From Octopus bimaculoides (lineage: Eukaryota), in NCBI RefSeq assembly GCF_001194135.2, contig NC_068994.1, forward strand, positions 50,519,697-50,583,696: 64,000 bases of DNA, written 5' to 3'. Below, piece by piece: positions 11,931 to 24,170 of the stretch; positions within the stretch are counted from its first letter, which is position 1, and each line of letters opens with the position of its first letter. The position numbers and the translations under genes were made by a program. The notes beneath the pieces were generated by a model that was not told the DNA's origin, did no database searches, and saw only the letters and a program-made list of their open reading frames with translations.

Positions 11931-12206
11931 GGTGAACAGGCATGCCGCTAGAATACCAAAGAAGCTTCGACCACATGTCGGGGTCGAGTTGTGACAGCCT
12001 GGAGGAACGTCCTGTAACGATGTTTGCTGGATGGATAAGAGATACGTGTTGTCGCCACCGCTGCTAGAGAGAAAAGAGAGCGAACGCTATTGGTTTTTCT
12101 CCACTTGTTGCATTGCGCATGCGTGCTCGGGTACTTCCGCTGACGGCAAATCCCTTGCACATGCACAATGGCACTTCCCAAGATGGCGGCCACACGTGCC
12201 ACTACA
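11931..12206 (-). repeat. 5' LTR, shared part (may extend toward 11650)
   Basis: 276-bp copy carrying the extra GTCGGGGTCGAGTTGTGACAGCCT relative to the left copy. Confidence 0.85.
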
Positions 12207-12416
12207 TTCCTTTCTCTACAAATGTGTAAGTCCAACTGTATTTAGAACAGCATTGCTTCTTAACATCCAACTAATTTTTAAGTATTTAAATGCAATGTTT
12301 TCCAAAGTTGCACTGCAAAGGGTGTCTAAATACATGGTAGGTGTTTAGAAATAAATGTTAAGACTTTAAGAAAATTATACTAATGTTCAAGTGTCTTGAA
12401 AGACATGTTATTCACA

Positions 12417-12700
12417 GGTAGGACTGTGTGGTAAGAATTTTGCATCCCAACTAATTGGTTCCCAGTTCAAACTCACCATGTGGTACATGTCTTCTACTAC
12501 ATAACCTTGGGCTGTCCAAAGCCTAGTGAGTGGATTTGGTAGAAAGAAACTGAAAGAAGAACATTGTGGTGTGCATGTATGACTGCCTTTGGATCTGTGT
12601 TTGTCCTACACCACTGCTTGACACTGCCTTTGGATCTGTGTTTGTCCTACACCACTGCTTGACAATCAATGTTGGTGTGTTCACGTACCCATAACTTACT
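12417..12700 (+). mobile_element. SINE family A, diverged, with an internal 41-bp tandem duplication
   Basis: Head GGACTGTGTGGTAAG and GTGAGTGGATTTGGTAGA. Exact 41-bp duplication at 12582-12622 / 12623-12663. Confidence 0.75.
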
Positions 12701-12704
12701 AGTT

Positions 12705-12845
12705 GTGAGTGAGTGAGAGAGAGAGTTGCACCGGCACTCATTTTCAGCTGGGTGCATTGAAGAAAAAGGAAATGAAGTGCTTTGCTCAAGGACAGGTCGC
12801 ACCACCTGGTCCTGAAATTGGATACACAACCATTAGGCCATGCAC
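12705..12845 (-). mobile_element. SINE fragment, family D (Nin/Deu-like)
   Basis: ACTCATTTTCAGCTGGG...AAATGAAGTGCTTTGCTCAAGGAC is the reverse complement of motifs in the 58792 copy. Similar to 63040-63160. Confidence 0.55.
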
Positions 12846-13042
12846 CCACCTACGCACACATTATCAGCAGCAAAAAGAGTCTTCATGGGTAATTAGATAT
12901 TAAGTTGAAATTTACAGAAAAATGAAAGATGAAGACAGGTGTATAAACAGCAAGCAGATGTATTAGTTTGACGCTCAGGAAAGTGAGAAAATCTTTTAGG
13001 TTTCAAGCCTATGCTTTTCAAGAGAAAGGAACATGAGGAAAT

Positions 13043-13080
<38 letters not shown>

Positions 13081-13978
13081 TATAAAAACTTGTGGATTTA
13101 GCAATCAATCATGGCGACTGAACTCTTTTTTCCTCATTCTTTAGTGAGAAGCATAAAAGTATTCCTAAAAAACAGTTTAAAACAGCAGAAATCTAATCGT
13201 GAAAGGTTCAACCAAAGAAAACTAACATACACTACTCACTATTTAACACCTTACCTTGAACATACACGAAAAGCACACAATACATATACATGAACCCTCC
13301 AACAGGTTGCAATACCAGTTCATTTGTTCTAATATTTATATTAACACTTAAACCTTTAAATTTTTTACCCATAAGTTAATCCATTATACATAAAATACAG
13401 AAGTGAGCTATTTACCAGCAGAATACAAGATTATCCTGCAGGTTTGATTCTCCAGAGATCTACATAGTTTCATTTCTTTTTTTGAACTTGTGATTTCCAG
13501 ATAAAAATCTGGAGATACATGGGCTCCCCCTTGAGCAGGCTTGATTTTTGATTTACCAAAGAAAAAAAAAATCTCTTTGATGGTGACTCCAGAACCCTTT
13601 TTCATGCCATACAAAAACCTAGCAGTTTTTCTCCCATCCCTTTTTTATAGCTTGTGAAGAACATAAAGTAAAGGAGTTAATAAGTAGGCCTGTAGAGTTA
13701 TGGTCTTGCATTCTATGGGGTGCAGCAGGAACCCCCCTCCCCCACTAGCTTTTTATGCTACTAGTAAGGTTGGGAAGATGGTAACTTTGTCTTGATTAAG
13801 CTAATGTTTCACTGTTTTTTTTTGTTTTGTTTTTTGTCTCCATCAACTCCTCGTGGCGATATGGTTTGTACCAGTGCATACACTGCACTTGCTGTTGAAA
13901 TGTTTATCAATAATGTTGAATCATAAGTTTTTTTTTTCTTTTCCTTTTTTTGCCCCCAACTTTGTATAATACATTTAA

Positions 13979-14197
13979 CCCTTTCATTACCAACCTGGCT
14001 GAAACTGGCTCTGGCTCTATAGTACAAATGTCTTGTTTTCACGTTTTGAATTGAAATCTTCCACCAAACCTTAGTCGCAATTTATGTTCCTAACACTAGA
14101 TTAATGATAACCAAGTTGTTTTACTAAATTCTTTGTTATATCTAAGATAATTGAAAGAAACACAGAGCATCTCAAAATAAATACGGTAATGAAAGGG
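13979..14197. mobile_element. piggyBac-like MITE
   Basis: Perfect 13-bp TIRs CCCTTTCATTACC / GGTAATGAAAGGG with TTAA on both sides (13975-13978, 14198-14201). Confidence 0.85.
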
Positions 14198-14596
14198 TTA
14201 AGCATTCAAGCTAAAACATAAAGCTAACAAACAGTAACTAAATACTACAGAAAGCCAAGGAATTTCTGCAAATTTCCAATGACGTTTCCTTTTTCCTTTT
14301 TATTTTTTAGACAAATGTTTTAAGCATAAAAAGGAACATTCCATTGTATAAACAATCCTACTCAAATCACAGTTCTAAAGTAGAGAGAGAGAGAGAGCAT
14401 GTGTGCATGCGTGCGTGCATGCGACAGATTTTTCCATGTCCAAACACAATGACCACTTAATTTTCACATCAGTTTAACAGAAATAAGGACAGCATTGTTT
14501 ACTTAAAACTGAAGCAGCAACTCTAAATTTCAAATGAAATTCAAGAAATATATACTAAAGCCACAAGGCCTACATTAAATTTTGAGGGAGGGAAGG

Positions 14597-14731
14597 GAGC
14601 TAGTTGATTACATTGACCAAGTGTTCAACTAGTACAGCCCTAAAAGGATGAAAGGCAAAGTTGACCTCCGTAGAATTTAAACTCAGAATGTAAAGATGGA
14701 GGAAATAGCATTTTGTCCTGTATGCTAACAA
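14597..14731 (-). mobile_element. SINE family B (Meta-domain-like), diverged
   Basis: AAAGGATGAAAGGCAAAGTTGACCTC...AATTTAAACTCAGAATGTAAAG is the reverse complement of the 23399 copy. Confidence 0.65.
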
Positions 14732-15967
14732 TTTTTATAAAATAACATGAGATAAAGTACAAAAGCTGCAACTTGGTTTGAACTCAAAAGCTCTGCTGCC
14801 AATAATCAATAAAGTATTTTAAATCTGTAGCCATGGTAACAAAATATATCTATACACAATGAAAAAAAAAGTGATGAAAGTGAAAAAAAAAGTGATGAAA
14901 GTGAAAAAAAAAAACTGCTACAAAAAAAAAAAAAAGCTTTGATTGTAACCTTCATTAAACAAAGATAGTTTTGTTCTTATTGTTATTAATGTTCCTCTCT
15001 GTAAAAGGCTTGGTATATAATTGATTAACTATCAAACATTTTGATGTAGCAAGAAACCAAACTGGGTACAGTTAATGTGTAAGTGTCAAGGAAATGCCCT
15101 ACAATGATGAAATTTCAATGTGATGGGAGAGAGAGGGAAAGGAGGAGAGAGAGATGGATGAAGGCATTTTATACATATTTTATTTCTGCTAATGCTGAGC
15201 AACAACTTCTTTTAACCCTTTCAACAAACAGCCAATAAGAGCAGCTACCTTCTTATACAAGAGACTGTATTTTCCATTTTGTCTTGTCTTTGTGTGTGGG
15301 GGGGTATTTTTCAGTATTAAACCTGAAACATGTCTTAGCAGATAAACATGGATATAAAATCTAAGTAGTTTTAACAGTTTCTTAAGAAGCCTAGAGAAAG
15401 GCACATCTATAAAAAAAAAAAAATTAAAAAAAATAAAACGAAAAAAAACGAAAGAGAGAAAGATGCCAGCTATTGTGCTACTAGGAGATGAATAAAATGG
15501 GCTTATGGAGGGAAAAAAAACAAACAAAATTGTATAATGATTATAATATGTATCATAGCTGAAACTTGGGGGTGGCTTTAGAAGTCATAGAAGCAGCAGC
15601 AGCTGCAGAAATTTGTCACCATTTGATAAGGATAAGGTCACCATTCGTGTCAACCATACTGAAGTGTTGCTCAGTTTCAATTAATGATATCAAACTGAAG
15701 GTCAATTAAATACTGCATAAATTACATAGTAGATTCAATGCTTGGAGAGTAGAACTTGAAATATTTGATTTCAAGAGAATAGCTTAAAAATACAAGTGTT
15801 AAGTATTTTATATTGCAGTAAAAGAGGAATTCGAGAAATAGGCATTGCCATAATGTAAATTTAAGAGCTCACACAAGAGAAAGAGAAAATTTGGGTTATT
15901 GTGTATGGCCATTCATACCAAGCCTACTCCAGCATGGTTGGTGGTTGTGAGAATGGATACTCTAGAC

Positions 15968-16272
15968 CAGGGGTCGGGAACGTTTTTAACCAATTACCCC
16001 AAAATAGATTTATTTACACCAATGTAACCCCCTTGATTTGAAAGCAAGGAAATCATAGATTATTTAAATTCAAAAGGTTTATTGACTCTTTTTATAATCT
16101 ATTTAAACGTCCATTATATTGGACAAAAGCAGTGTAGCCAGAAGAAAAATTTCTATCATCACAAGGAACACGTTTTTTATATAATTTTAACTATGCCTAA
16201 CGAGTAACTAATTTACCCCCAAGAATTTTTTTACCCCACTTTGGGTAATTTACCCCAGTTTGCCAACCTCTG
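15968..16272. mobile_element. hAT (Charlie-like) MITE
   Basis: Imperfect TIRs CAGGGGTCGGGAAC / GTTTGCCAACCTCTG. 8-bp flanks CTCTAGAC and CTTTAGTC (6/8 identical) fit the NTCTAGAN hAT-Charlie target preference. Confidence 0.75.
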
Positions 16273-17011
16273 CTTTAGTCTAATGCAGTGTTTCTCAACC
16301 GGGGTCCCACAAGAAAGAGTGAGATAAGCTAATGCTAATTTCATGATCGTAATATTACTATACATGCACAACATATCATTGGTTATTGTAATATAGACAT
16401 CATCCTATCTAACCTATCATGTTATCAAAAAAATATAACAACCATTGGAGATATATAATACATCTGTTTGTTGCCTACACCACCTGTCTTCATCTTTTGT
16501 TTTTTTTTTTGTGAATTCTCCCCGAGATATATTTTTAAATATATTTATATATATTAAGGGCNNNNNNNNNNNNNNNNNNNNNNNNNNNNNNNNNNNNNNN
16601 NNNNNNNNNNNNNNNNNNNNNNNNNNNNNNNNNNNNNNNNNNNNNNNNNNNNNNNNNNNNNNNNNNNNNNNNNNNNNNNNNNNNNNNNTATATATATAAT
16701 GCAATCCCAAATCCTGTTATTTTCAGGACTTTTTAGCTATACAACTGTCCACTTACCACTCAGTTTAACACTGAGCCACTAACGTGGTTGTAAGTTCTTG
16801 TACAAGGATTGCATTTAGGTGACTGAATATATTCAAACTTCAAACAGCTGCTTTGTTGTGTTTTTTTTTTTCTTTCTTTAAACTCTTCATTCCCTTTTTT
16901 TAAATGGAAATGCCACCAAAGCTTTCAGGTAGCATCTAAAGGATGGTGCTTAGCCGGAAGAGTTTGGTTTAGATATAACAAGGCTAAAATTCTACCTACT
17001 CCACAGCATAC

Positions 17012-17077
17012 CAGTTGACCAAAAGTAAACACCCTCAGATAATCTGGTACTTTATTTGTGACAGCTGTGTGAGTGAA
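17012..17077 (-). CDS. Candidate internal exon (FTHTAVTNKVPDYLRVFTFGQL), unidentified
   Basis: Acceptor TTTTACATTTGTTTCAG| and donor CTG|GTATGC. 66 nt, phase 0-0, open frame, in phase with 17655-17754. Confidence 0.38.
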
Positions 17078-17654
17078 CTGAAACAAATGTAAAATGAAGC
17101 GTTTTGTCCAAAACAATGAAATACTTGTAGCAAATTGTTAGCTAAGAGTACAAAATCTAATCTTGTCTTAGTCCACAACACCAGTCTTCAAGTGGCCAAT
17201 TGTCAAAAATAAATACTTTACTGATGATAAACTAACACATCAAGTACAATGTGCAAAATAAAAGGTTGATTCTGCCAATTTAATGGTTTTATTTACTGGA
17301 CTTGTATTCAGCTGAGAGAAAATGACATTACTGGTATTGCTGGGTAGTTTCATATCAGCCCTGAGTAAAACCCTACGACCAAACATATACCAGCTATCAC
17401 CACCCAGGTTTTCCTTCTTTTCTTCCAAACAATGTTACACTATCCAAACAATATTCCCTTTTCTTCTTTAAGATGGCACAATGTGATCTGAAGGAGATTT
17501 GGCTGATATTTCTAGCAGGTTGTATGTGACCACAAGGAGGCTTCTCTTCACTACAAGATGACAATGGAACAAGTAAATGACTTTCAAATATCCAAATCGA
17601 AAGCTTCAAGACCAGTCATGCTGGTGACTAAAATCTCTCAGAAATTCCACTAAC

Positions 17655-17754
17655 CAATTTCATTTCTTCTATTTTATCCCAATTCTTGCTACTGATGTTC
17701 TCTACTGGTAGTGAAATATCTTCAATGGCAATAGCCAATGCTAATGCAGAATTC
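17655..17754 (-). CDS. Candidate internal exon (NSALALAIAIEDISLPVENISSKNWDKIEEMKL), unidentified
   Basis: Acceptor CCTTATTCTCCTGTTAG| and donor TTG|GTTAGT. 100 nt, phase 2-0; only this frame is open. Confidence 0.38.
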
Positions 17755-18540
17755 CTAACAGGAGAATAAGGTGGGACAGTTTATTTAATATTACTTCAAT
17801 GCTTTTATCAAACAACACTTAATTTGAAACAGAACTAAAAATAAAAGCATTTGTTTTTTTATAGACATCATATTTTAGTGAAGAGAGAGAGAGAGAGAGA
17901 TATGATTGCAGAATAAGTTGGTTTATAGAGGAATTAACCTAAAAGATCACCAATTTAAATACTACCTAAGGCAGTGAAATTATACCACCAGACAAAGCTC
18001 ATTACATACTCCAATTTGCTTAGCTAAACACAAGTATCACATCTCTTGAAGAGAGAAAATTTGGATAAAAATCACACATATTGCCACAAGGTAGGATTAC
18101 AAAACAACACATGTTTACGACCTTATTAATATTCTTAAAACATCATATTTTGGTCTTGCTATAAAATAACATTGGGGTTATAACCCCAATGTTTTTGGCA
18201 AATCATCAGACAAGAACTCCTTGATAGTCTTGCCAAGCTTAAGTGTAGATGTCACAAGATTTATTGAAAATAGTGTAGTTTTAGAAATAAACAAATTAGA
18301 TTGCATGGTTGCAAAACACAAGCCATAAATTATACAGGTTATTACGCAGCATGATTAACAGACAAAAAATCAGTACATGAAAGCCTAATTAACATTTGCA
18401 ACATTGTATTGTGGTTAATATCTGATTGGTCATACAAGCAAATAAGAAGAGGTTAACTGGACATGAGGTCAACACCAGTGGCTGGCCACCAAGTACGAGA
18501 AGAGACATACAAATTTATAAACACTACACTTACAAACAGA

Positions 18541-18585
<45 letters not shown>

Positions 18586-19255
18586 ATTTTAAACAATATT
18601 AAGAAAAGAGAGAAAACAGTTTAAGAAATACGACCACCACTAACAAACACTGTCTTCCTTTTAGGTGGCTGCACAACCTGCTAGAAAAAGCAGCTTAATT
18701 TGTCTAAAAATCTCACCCAAGTGTTTTAAAAGAAAATAGATAAAAATAAAAAAAAACAAAAAGTAATTAATGTAGATCAAGAGGACATTACATACAAGAA
18801 GGCAGAGTGGTCACAGCTGGAGGTGTTTTTGATCACAGGTCTGCTTGATCAGAGCTGATATGAGATGAAATAAGTCAACACAGAAATTTCAAAAGTTAGC
18901 TGCAAGTTGTTGCAAAGAAATTCTACCAAATAATCTGTGATGTGATACACAAAAGTTAGTGATGTGATACACAAAAAGCAGGCTATGTATAAGTTTCGAA
19001 TGTAAACTAAATAGTATGCCTTCCCCTGGAACTATTACAATAACATGGTCAAATTGTAAATAAAATTAGGTTAACAATAATTCAAAGTATTCTACTTGCA
19101 TGATAAAGAACTACAAGAAATGCAAGCCAAGGCCATGGTATCAACTAGAAAGTGCTTTATTACTAAATGATTGAGAATGGTTGTTCCTTATCAATATAGT
19201 AGTAATGGTAAGGCACGACTACACAGCAGAACACCACTCCACCACACCTACTCAC

Positions 19256-19325
19256 ACAGATCAATGAAACTGAAAGCACCAACTCTGAATCGATTGTAAA
19301 ATTCATGATCAAGAACCATGAAAAC
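19256..19325 (-). CDS. Candidate internal exon (VFMVLDHEFYNRFRVGAFSFIDL, or alternative frame)
   Basis: Acceptor GTTGTTATAG| and donor TGT|GTGAGT. 70 nt with two open frames. Confidence 0.3.
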
Positions 19326-19617
19326 CTATAACAACATTTACAATGTGATTTATAACAAAGGAGTGACTTCAGAAGTATCTCTCACACTTGTTTGTTTTAG
19401 CTAGCAGTTCTAAGCATTTGTGTTAGTGCCAACTATGTCAGTACCAATGTCAATACAGTGAATAGCTTACAACATAGGAATCACACACGCACACACACGC
19501 ACACTTTTTAAGGCACAAATGAAATTTACAAAACAATTACAATAACATACATGATTCTAAAAAAATTAAATTATGTTGATGTTTAGACCTCTTCTGCCTA
19601 GCTGGCCTGGCCCTCAC

Positions 19618-19723
19618 TGAACAAGCTCTAGATTAAAAGCTATCAAGTCATAACCGTTGTCGATTTCCAGGATTAGTGTAACACCAGACACATTAACCAT
19701 GCGATGTAAGCGAAATTTAGCAA
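19618..19723 (-). CDS. Candidate exon (AKFRLHRMVNVSGVTLILEIDNGYDLIAFNLELV)
   Basis: Lies within the 69-aa ORF 19614-19823. Acceptor TTTTGGAATTAG| and donor TCA|GTGAGG; protein-like composition. Confidence 0.28.
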
Positions 19724-21891
19724 CTAATTCCAAAATCAAATAAGCAGAGAGAAACCATATACTTACACTATCTTTGCATACTGTTAGTGAATTGAATGCT
19801 AATATCACACACAATTTAACCATTTATTTTTATTGATATTCATATTACCAATATGTACATATATAAGTTCAATATGCAGATATAAATTTATATAAAAATG
19901 ATGAAAATTCTAAATTGAAAAATAATGAGTTAGTGAAAGTTTTCCTGTTACCAAAACTTTTAACAACAAAATAGGAAAAAATATAACAGTTTAACAAATA
20001 GTGTCTGGATTTGTGCAATTTATTATTTTTTTTTATTTTGCCAAGCATCAAATTAGTTTCCAACATTAAATTCTTGCACTGCAAAAATATCCACATTGGT
20101 TGTAATTGTAAATCATATTTTTCAGTGATATGGAGTCTGATCATAAATGTGTGCACGTACGTATGTGCATGTGTGTGTGCGTGTGTATGTGCATGCGCAC
20201 GCATGGACAGAGATTCTTTTATTGAATTGTGTTTAGTGGCCTGGTGAAATCATGGCTTTTAATTTGTCTGAACTCCAAGAGACAATAAGAATGTTTTCTC
20301 ATGCACTTATTTTTTTTTTTTAAATTCACGAACAAGCTTATTGAGCATTGACAGGACACAGCATCATTTAAATAATAAGAGAGAGGGCAAAATTTAAACA
20401 GGGAACAGAAGAAGAATAAATGTTCGCACAAGATGGCCACTGGTTATAAGATTGAGTCACTGCAAGAATACCATTAATCAGGGGCACAGTGTTTGTAGTT
20501 CTTGTGATCTGCAGCTTCTAAGAGTGAGAGGCACAAAAAGAACAATGCTGTGCTCTGTTGCTACACACAAAACCTGCAGAAAACTCATACCGATTCACAA
20601 CATATCCATAACGGGCTGCACTAATCAACACCATGACAACCAATGAACAGTTTATTATACATCAGTGGCATTAGACAATTTCATACGAAACTACTAGCAC
20701 GACACAACAAACAGACCTTTCTGAGAATTTCATAACACATTGCTTTACTCTTCATTGGAGCATGGCCTTTAACATCAATGACCTCCAAAATCATCCTATT
20801 TGTTTGTTTATTTTTATTCATTCATTCCTTCACAGAATGTCCATTGTTTGTTCTTCAAAAACAAAAATTAAAAAAAAAAAGAAATAAAAATAAGCCCTTT
20901 TGGCCTTGACTTCTATGTAGCATTTAAAGAGAGAGAGGAGGGAATGAGAGGAATTTAGAGAAATACTTCAGATTAACTGCCTAAACTGTTATCTTGATTC
21001 AAACCTTGTTTCTAGCATCAGGAAGCAAAAGATTATTTCTACTTGCCTCAATCAACCTAGCAGAAAATAGCAACAAACTTCCACTTCATAATGGTTGTTG
21101 ATTCTTTTTTNNNNNNNNNNNNNNNNNNNNNNNNNNNNNNNNNNNNNNNNNNNNNNNNNNNNNNNNNNNNNNNNNNNNNNNNNNNNNNNNNNNNNNNNNN
21201 NNNNNNNNNNNNNNNNNNNNNNNNNNNNNNNNNNNNNNNNNNNNNNNNNNNNNNNNNNNNNNNNNNNNNNNNNNNNNNNNNNNNNNNNNNNNNNNNNNNN
21301 NNNNNNNNNNNNNNNNNNNNNNNNNNNNNNNNNNNNNNNNNNNNNNNNNNNNNNNNNNNNNNNNNNNNNNNNNNNNNNNNNNNNNNNNNNNNNNNNNNNN
21401 NNNNNNNNNNNNNNNNNNNNNNNNNNNNNNNNNNNNNNNNNNNNNNNNNNNNNNNNNNNNNNNNNNNNNNNNNNNNNNNNNNNNNNNNNNNNNNNNNNNN
21501 NNNNNNNNNNNNNNNNNNNNNNNNNNNNNNNNNNNNNNNNNNNNNNNNNNNNNNNNNNNNNNNNNNNNNNNNNNNNNNNNNNNNNNNNNNNNNNNNNNNN
21601 NNNNNNNNNNNNNNNNNNNNNNNNNNNNNNNNNNNNNNNNNNNNNNNNNNNNNNNNNNNNNNNNNNNNNNNNNNNNNNNNNNNNNNNNNNNNNNNNNNNN
21701 NNNNNNNNNNNNNNNNNNNNNNNNNNNNNNNNNNNNNNNNNNNNNNNNNNNNNNNNNNNNNNNNNNNNNNNNNNNNNNNNNNNNNNNNNNNNNNNNNNNN
21801 NNNNNNNNNNNNNNNNNNNNNNNNNNNNNNNNNNNNNNNNNNNNNNNNNNNNNNNNNNNNNNNNNNNNNNNNNNNNNNNNNNNNNNNNNNN

Positions 21892-21922
<31 letters not shown>

Positions 21923-22317
21923 GGTAACATGTGACTGAAAGGAGATTTTTGCTGATGTTTTAAAAACAGTAAACACACACTGAGAAGCTGGCTGCCTGGT
22001 GTACAGACGAACTGAATCAATCATACAAAACAAAACTGAAAGTAAAATTGAATCTATTGGTATTGAAAATGAAACTAAAGACAGATAAAGTTGAACACAA
22101 CACACACCCAGTAATTTTACTGTCTTTCCTATCATTTAATAATATCCTTGGAATACACTAAAAATAATTTATTTTGACTAGGCCTGATGATTAATTAGTT
22201 TTTATATATACACTGAAGGCATCATAGTCAGCTAGATCAATTCTGAGACAATGAGAAACCTTTACATCATGACTCAACCTGTTAAAGATAATTGCCAAAC
22301 CTCCATCTCAAGTATTT

Positions 22318-22443
22318 CAGTCAATTAAATTGACTGTTGTACTTATGGGTGAAAGGCAAAGTCAACCTTGGTGGAATTTGAACTCAGATTGTAAAGATGG
22401 ATGAAATGCCATGAAGCATTTCACCCGGCGTGCTGACAATTCT
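22318..22443 (-). mobile_element. SINE family B, diverged
   Basis: GAAAGGCAAAGTCAACCTTGGTGGAATTTGAACTCAGA...CATTTCACCCGGCGTGCTGAC. Confidence 0.7.
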
Positions 22444-22717
22444 AACAAAATACAAAAAAGGAAACTATATGTTTACATACCACGAGTACACTGTAGTAAA
22501 CAAAAGATATTATATCATTGTTTAACTGCAGTGAAGCTCAACACTCAGTGAAAAACCTGTTCACTATTGGGCTCTGTTCTGTTTCACTCTCGATTTAAAA
22601 CAATGCTGACCCTCAACTTTTGAGTAATCAGTTCACTGCATGATGTATCAGTCGATCAAGGCTGTTGGCAATTAGTGTTGCAAACACTAATTTCTATAAA
22701 AATTATTGGGACAAACA

Positions 22718-22815
22718 TGGTGGTGGTGGTAACAGCAGCAGCAGCAATGGTGGTGGTGATGGTGGTAGCAGCAATGGTGGTGGTGCTAGTAGTAGTAGTA
22801 GTAGTAGTAGTAGTG
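22718..22815. repeat. Compound triplet repeat (GTG/GCA/GTA)n
   Basis: Read directly; it explains the poly-V/A ORF 22675-22893. Confidence 0.9.
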
Positions 22816-23398
22816 ACAATGGCAGGCAACAGCAGGAGGAATAGGAAGCTTAAGGCCAGTAATTACATGCTTAAGTGCAGGAGCTATAAATAAACATCAT
22901 TCAGAGATTTCAGATTGCATCTTTACTTCGGCCCACACAAGCTGACATTACATCATCAATGCCCTTCGTCAAAGTACCAAGCCAGTGCATAACTTTAAAT
23001 CATCCCTCATACCATATCTCAAAACAGTTAACCAACATGCCAACACCATTTCCCATCTTTATTTCCCTGACTATCAAAGTAGCTTTTTTTTATTATTTTT
23101 TTTTTCCCTCACTTTACACTCTCAGAAAGAATATCTCAGCTTCTGTAGCCCAAAGCAATAAAGGAATCCTTTAATATTCATAATACTAATGGTATTTAAA
23201 TATGTTAATGTATTCATATGAAACTGAAGGAAAAAGAAGAAAAAAAAATTGTAACTTCCAGTGAGATTTGGCAGGTGAGGGAGGATCCTGTTACTTAGCA
23301 AAGTTGTTTTGATTACCTTTCTTCCTCATGGCAAACTAACTTATTCTCACTTAGTGAACTGTAAGTATGGTTGGTTTAAACAATATTTAACCACTTTT

Positions 23399-23614
23399 TA
23401 AGGCAACGAGCTGGCAGAAACATTAGCATGCCGGGCGAAATGCTTTGCAGTATTTTGTCTGTCTTTACGTTCTGAGTTCAAATTCTGCTGCAGTCGACTT
23501 TGCCTTTCATCCTTTCAGGGTCGATAAATTAAGTACCAGTTGCATACTGGTGTCAATGTAATCGACTGCCCCTCCTCCCCCAAAATTCCGGGCCTTGTGC
23601 CTAGAGTAGAAAAG
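23399..23614 (+). mobile_element. SINE family B (tRNA head plus Meta-domain-like core), full length, with 17-bp TSD
   Basis: GAGCTGGCAGAA...GAGTTCAAATTC...GCCTTTCATCCTTTCAGGGTCGATAAATTAAGTACCAG. TSD AATATTTAACCACTTTT at 23382-23398 and 23615-23631. Confidence 0.88.
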
Positions 23615-23937
23615 AATATTTAACCACTTTTGTTACTAATTTTTAAAATAGAGAAATAACTCATTGTTAATCTGGTGTTTAGAACATAAATCAAACCTTT
23701 TGTGATGATATTTCTGTTGAAATACTCTGCCTTTCATTCATTAATTTTGAAAATAACGAATTTAGTAAAATGACTTGTTGTTTTTAAGCTGGTCAATGGT
23801 ACACAAATTAGCATGAATTTAAATCAATTTAAAACAGGAATTTTATTTTATAGGCCCAAGAGTGATCTTAGACAGTTTTGGTATCAAAAAGGAAAACCCG
23901 AAATTTTGATGGCAGGTTATAATTTAGAACGCTTTAA

Positions 23938-24170
23938 CCCATATACGCCCATAAAATAATGAAGTCCTAAAATTTCACTGTATTTAGATTAAACATTATG
24001 GTAAGCTTTCACAATCTGGAAGAGAAGGACAGTATGCCACTTTTAGCTATGGGTGTCGACTCCCTACCGAACATTTTGTATGCTCAGTCAGATGCTTCCT
24101 GACAAGTTTATGTCCAAACAAGTAGGAGCAGGTTTTGCGTTGCGAAAATGCAACCAGGGGTATATATGGG
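23938..24170. mobile_element. piggyBac-like nonautonomous element nested inside another MITE
   Basis: TTAA|CCCATATACGCCC ... GGGGTATATATGGG|TTAA. The flanks rejoin into the MITE family seen at 37884-38083. Confidence 0.7.

Larger units (their letters stand above)
10040..12206 (-). mobile_element. Ty3/Gypsy LTR retrotransposon, internally reduced or partly hidden in a gap (left end uncertain)
   Basis: Two direct-repeat LTR-like copies, both starting TGTAGTGGC on the minus strand. Polypurine tract before the left copy, integrase C-terminal motif between them, AATAAA (minus) at 10084-10089. N-gap at 11086-11647. Confidence 0.8.

Noticed and set aside
10115-12210. TTCC on both sides of TG...CA as the LTR element's TSD
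   Set aside because: It would exclude the AATAAA-bearing LTR-like end at 10040-10118, and the right copy lacks the same terminus. A 4-bp match can be chance; left unresolved.
10122-12348. Paired ORFs 10122-10466 / 12031-12348 and their minus-strand counterparts as duplicated genes
   Set aside because: They are open frames in GC-rich LTR sequence, with no protein features.
15726-15783. Possible exon YSLEIKYFKFYSPSIESTM
   Set aside because: Its phase does not join the 17012 candidate, and its splice sites are weak.
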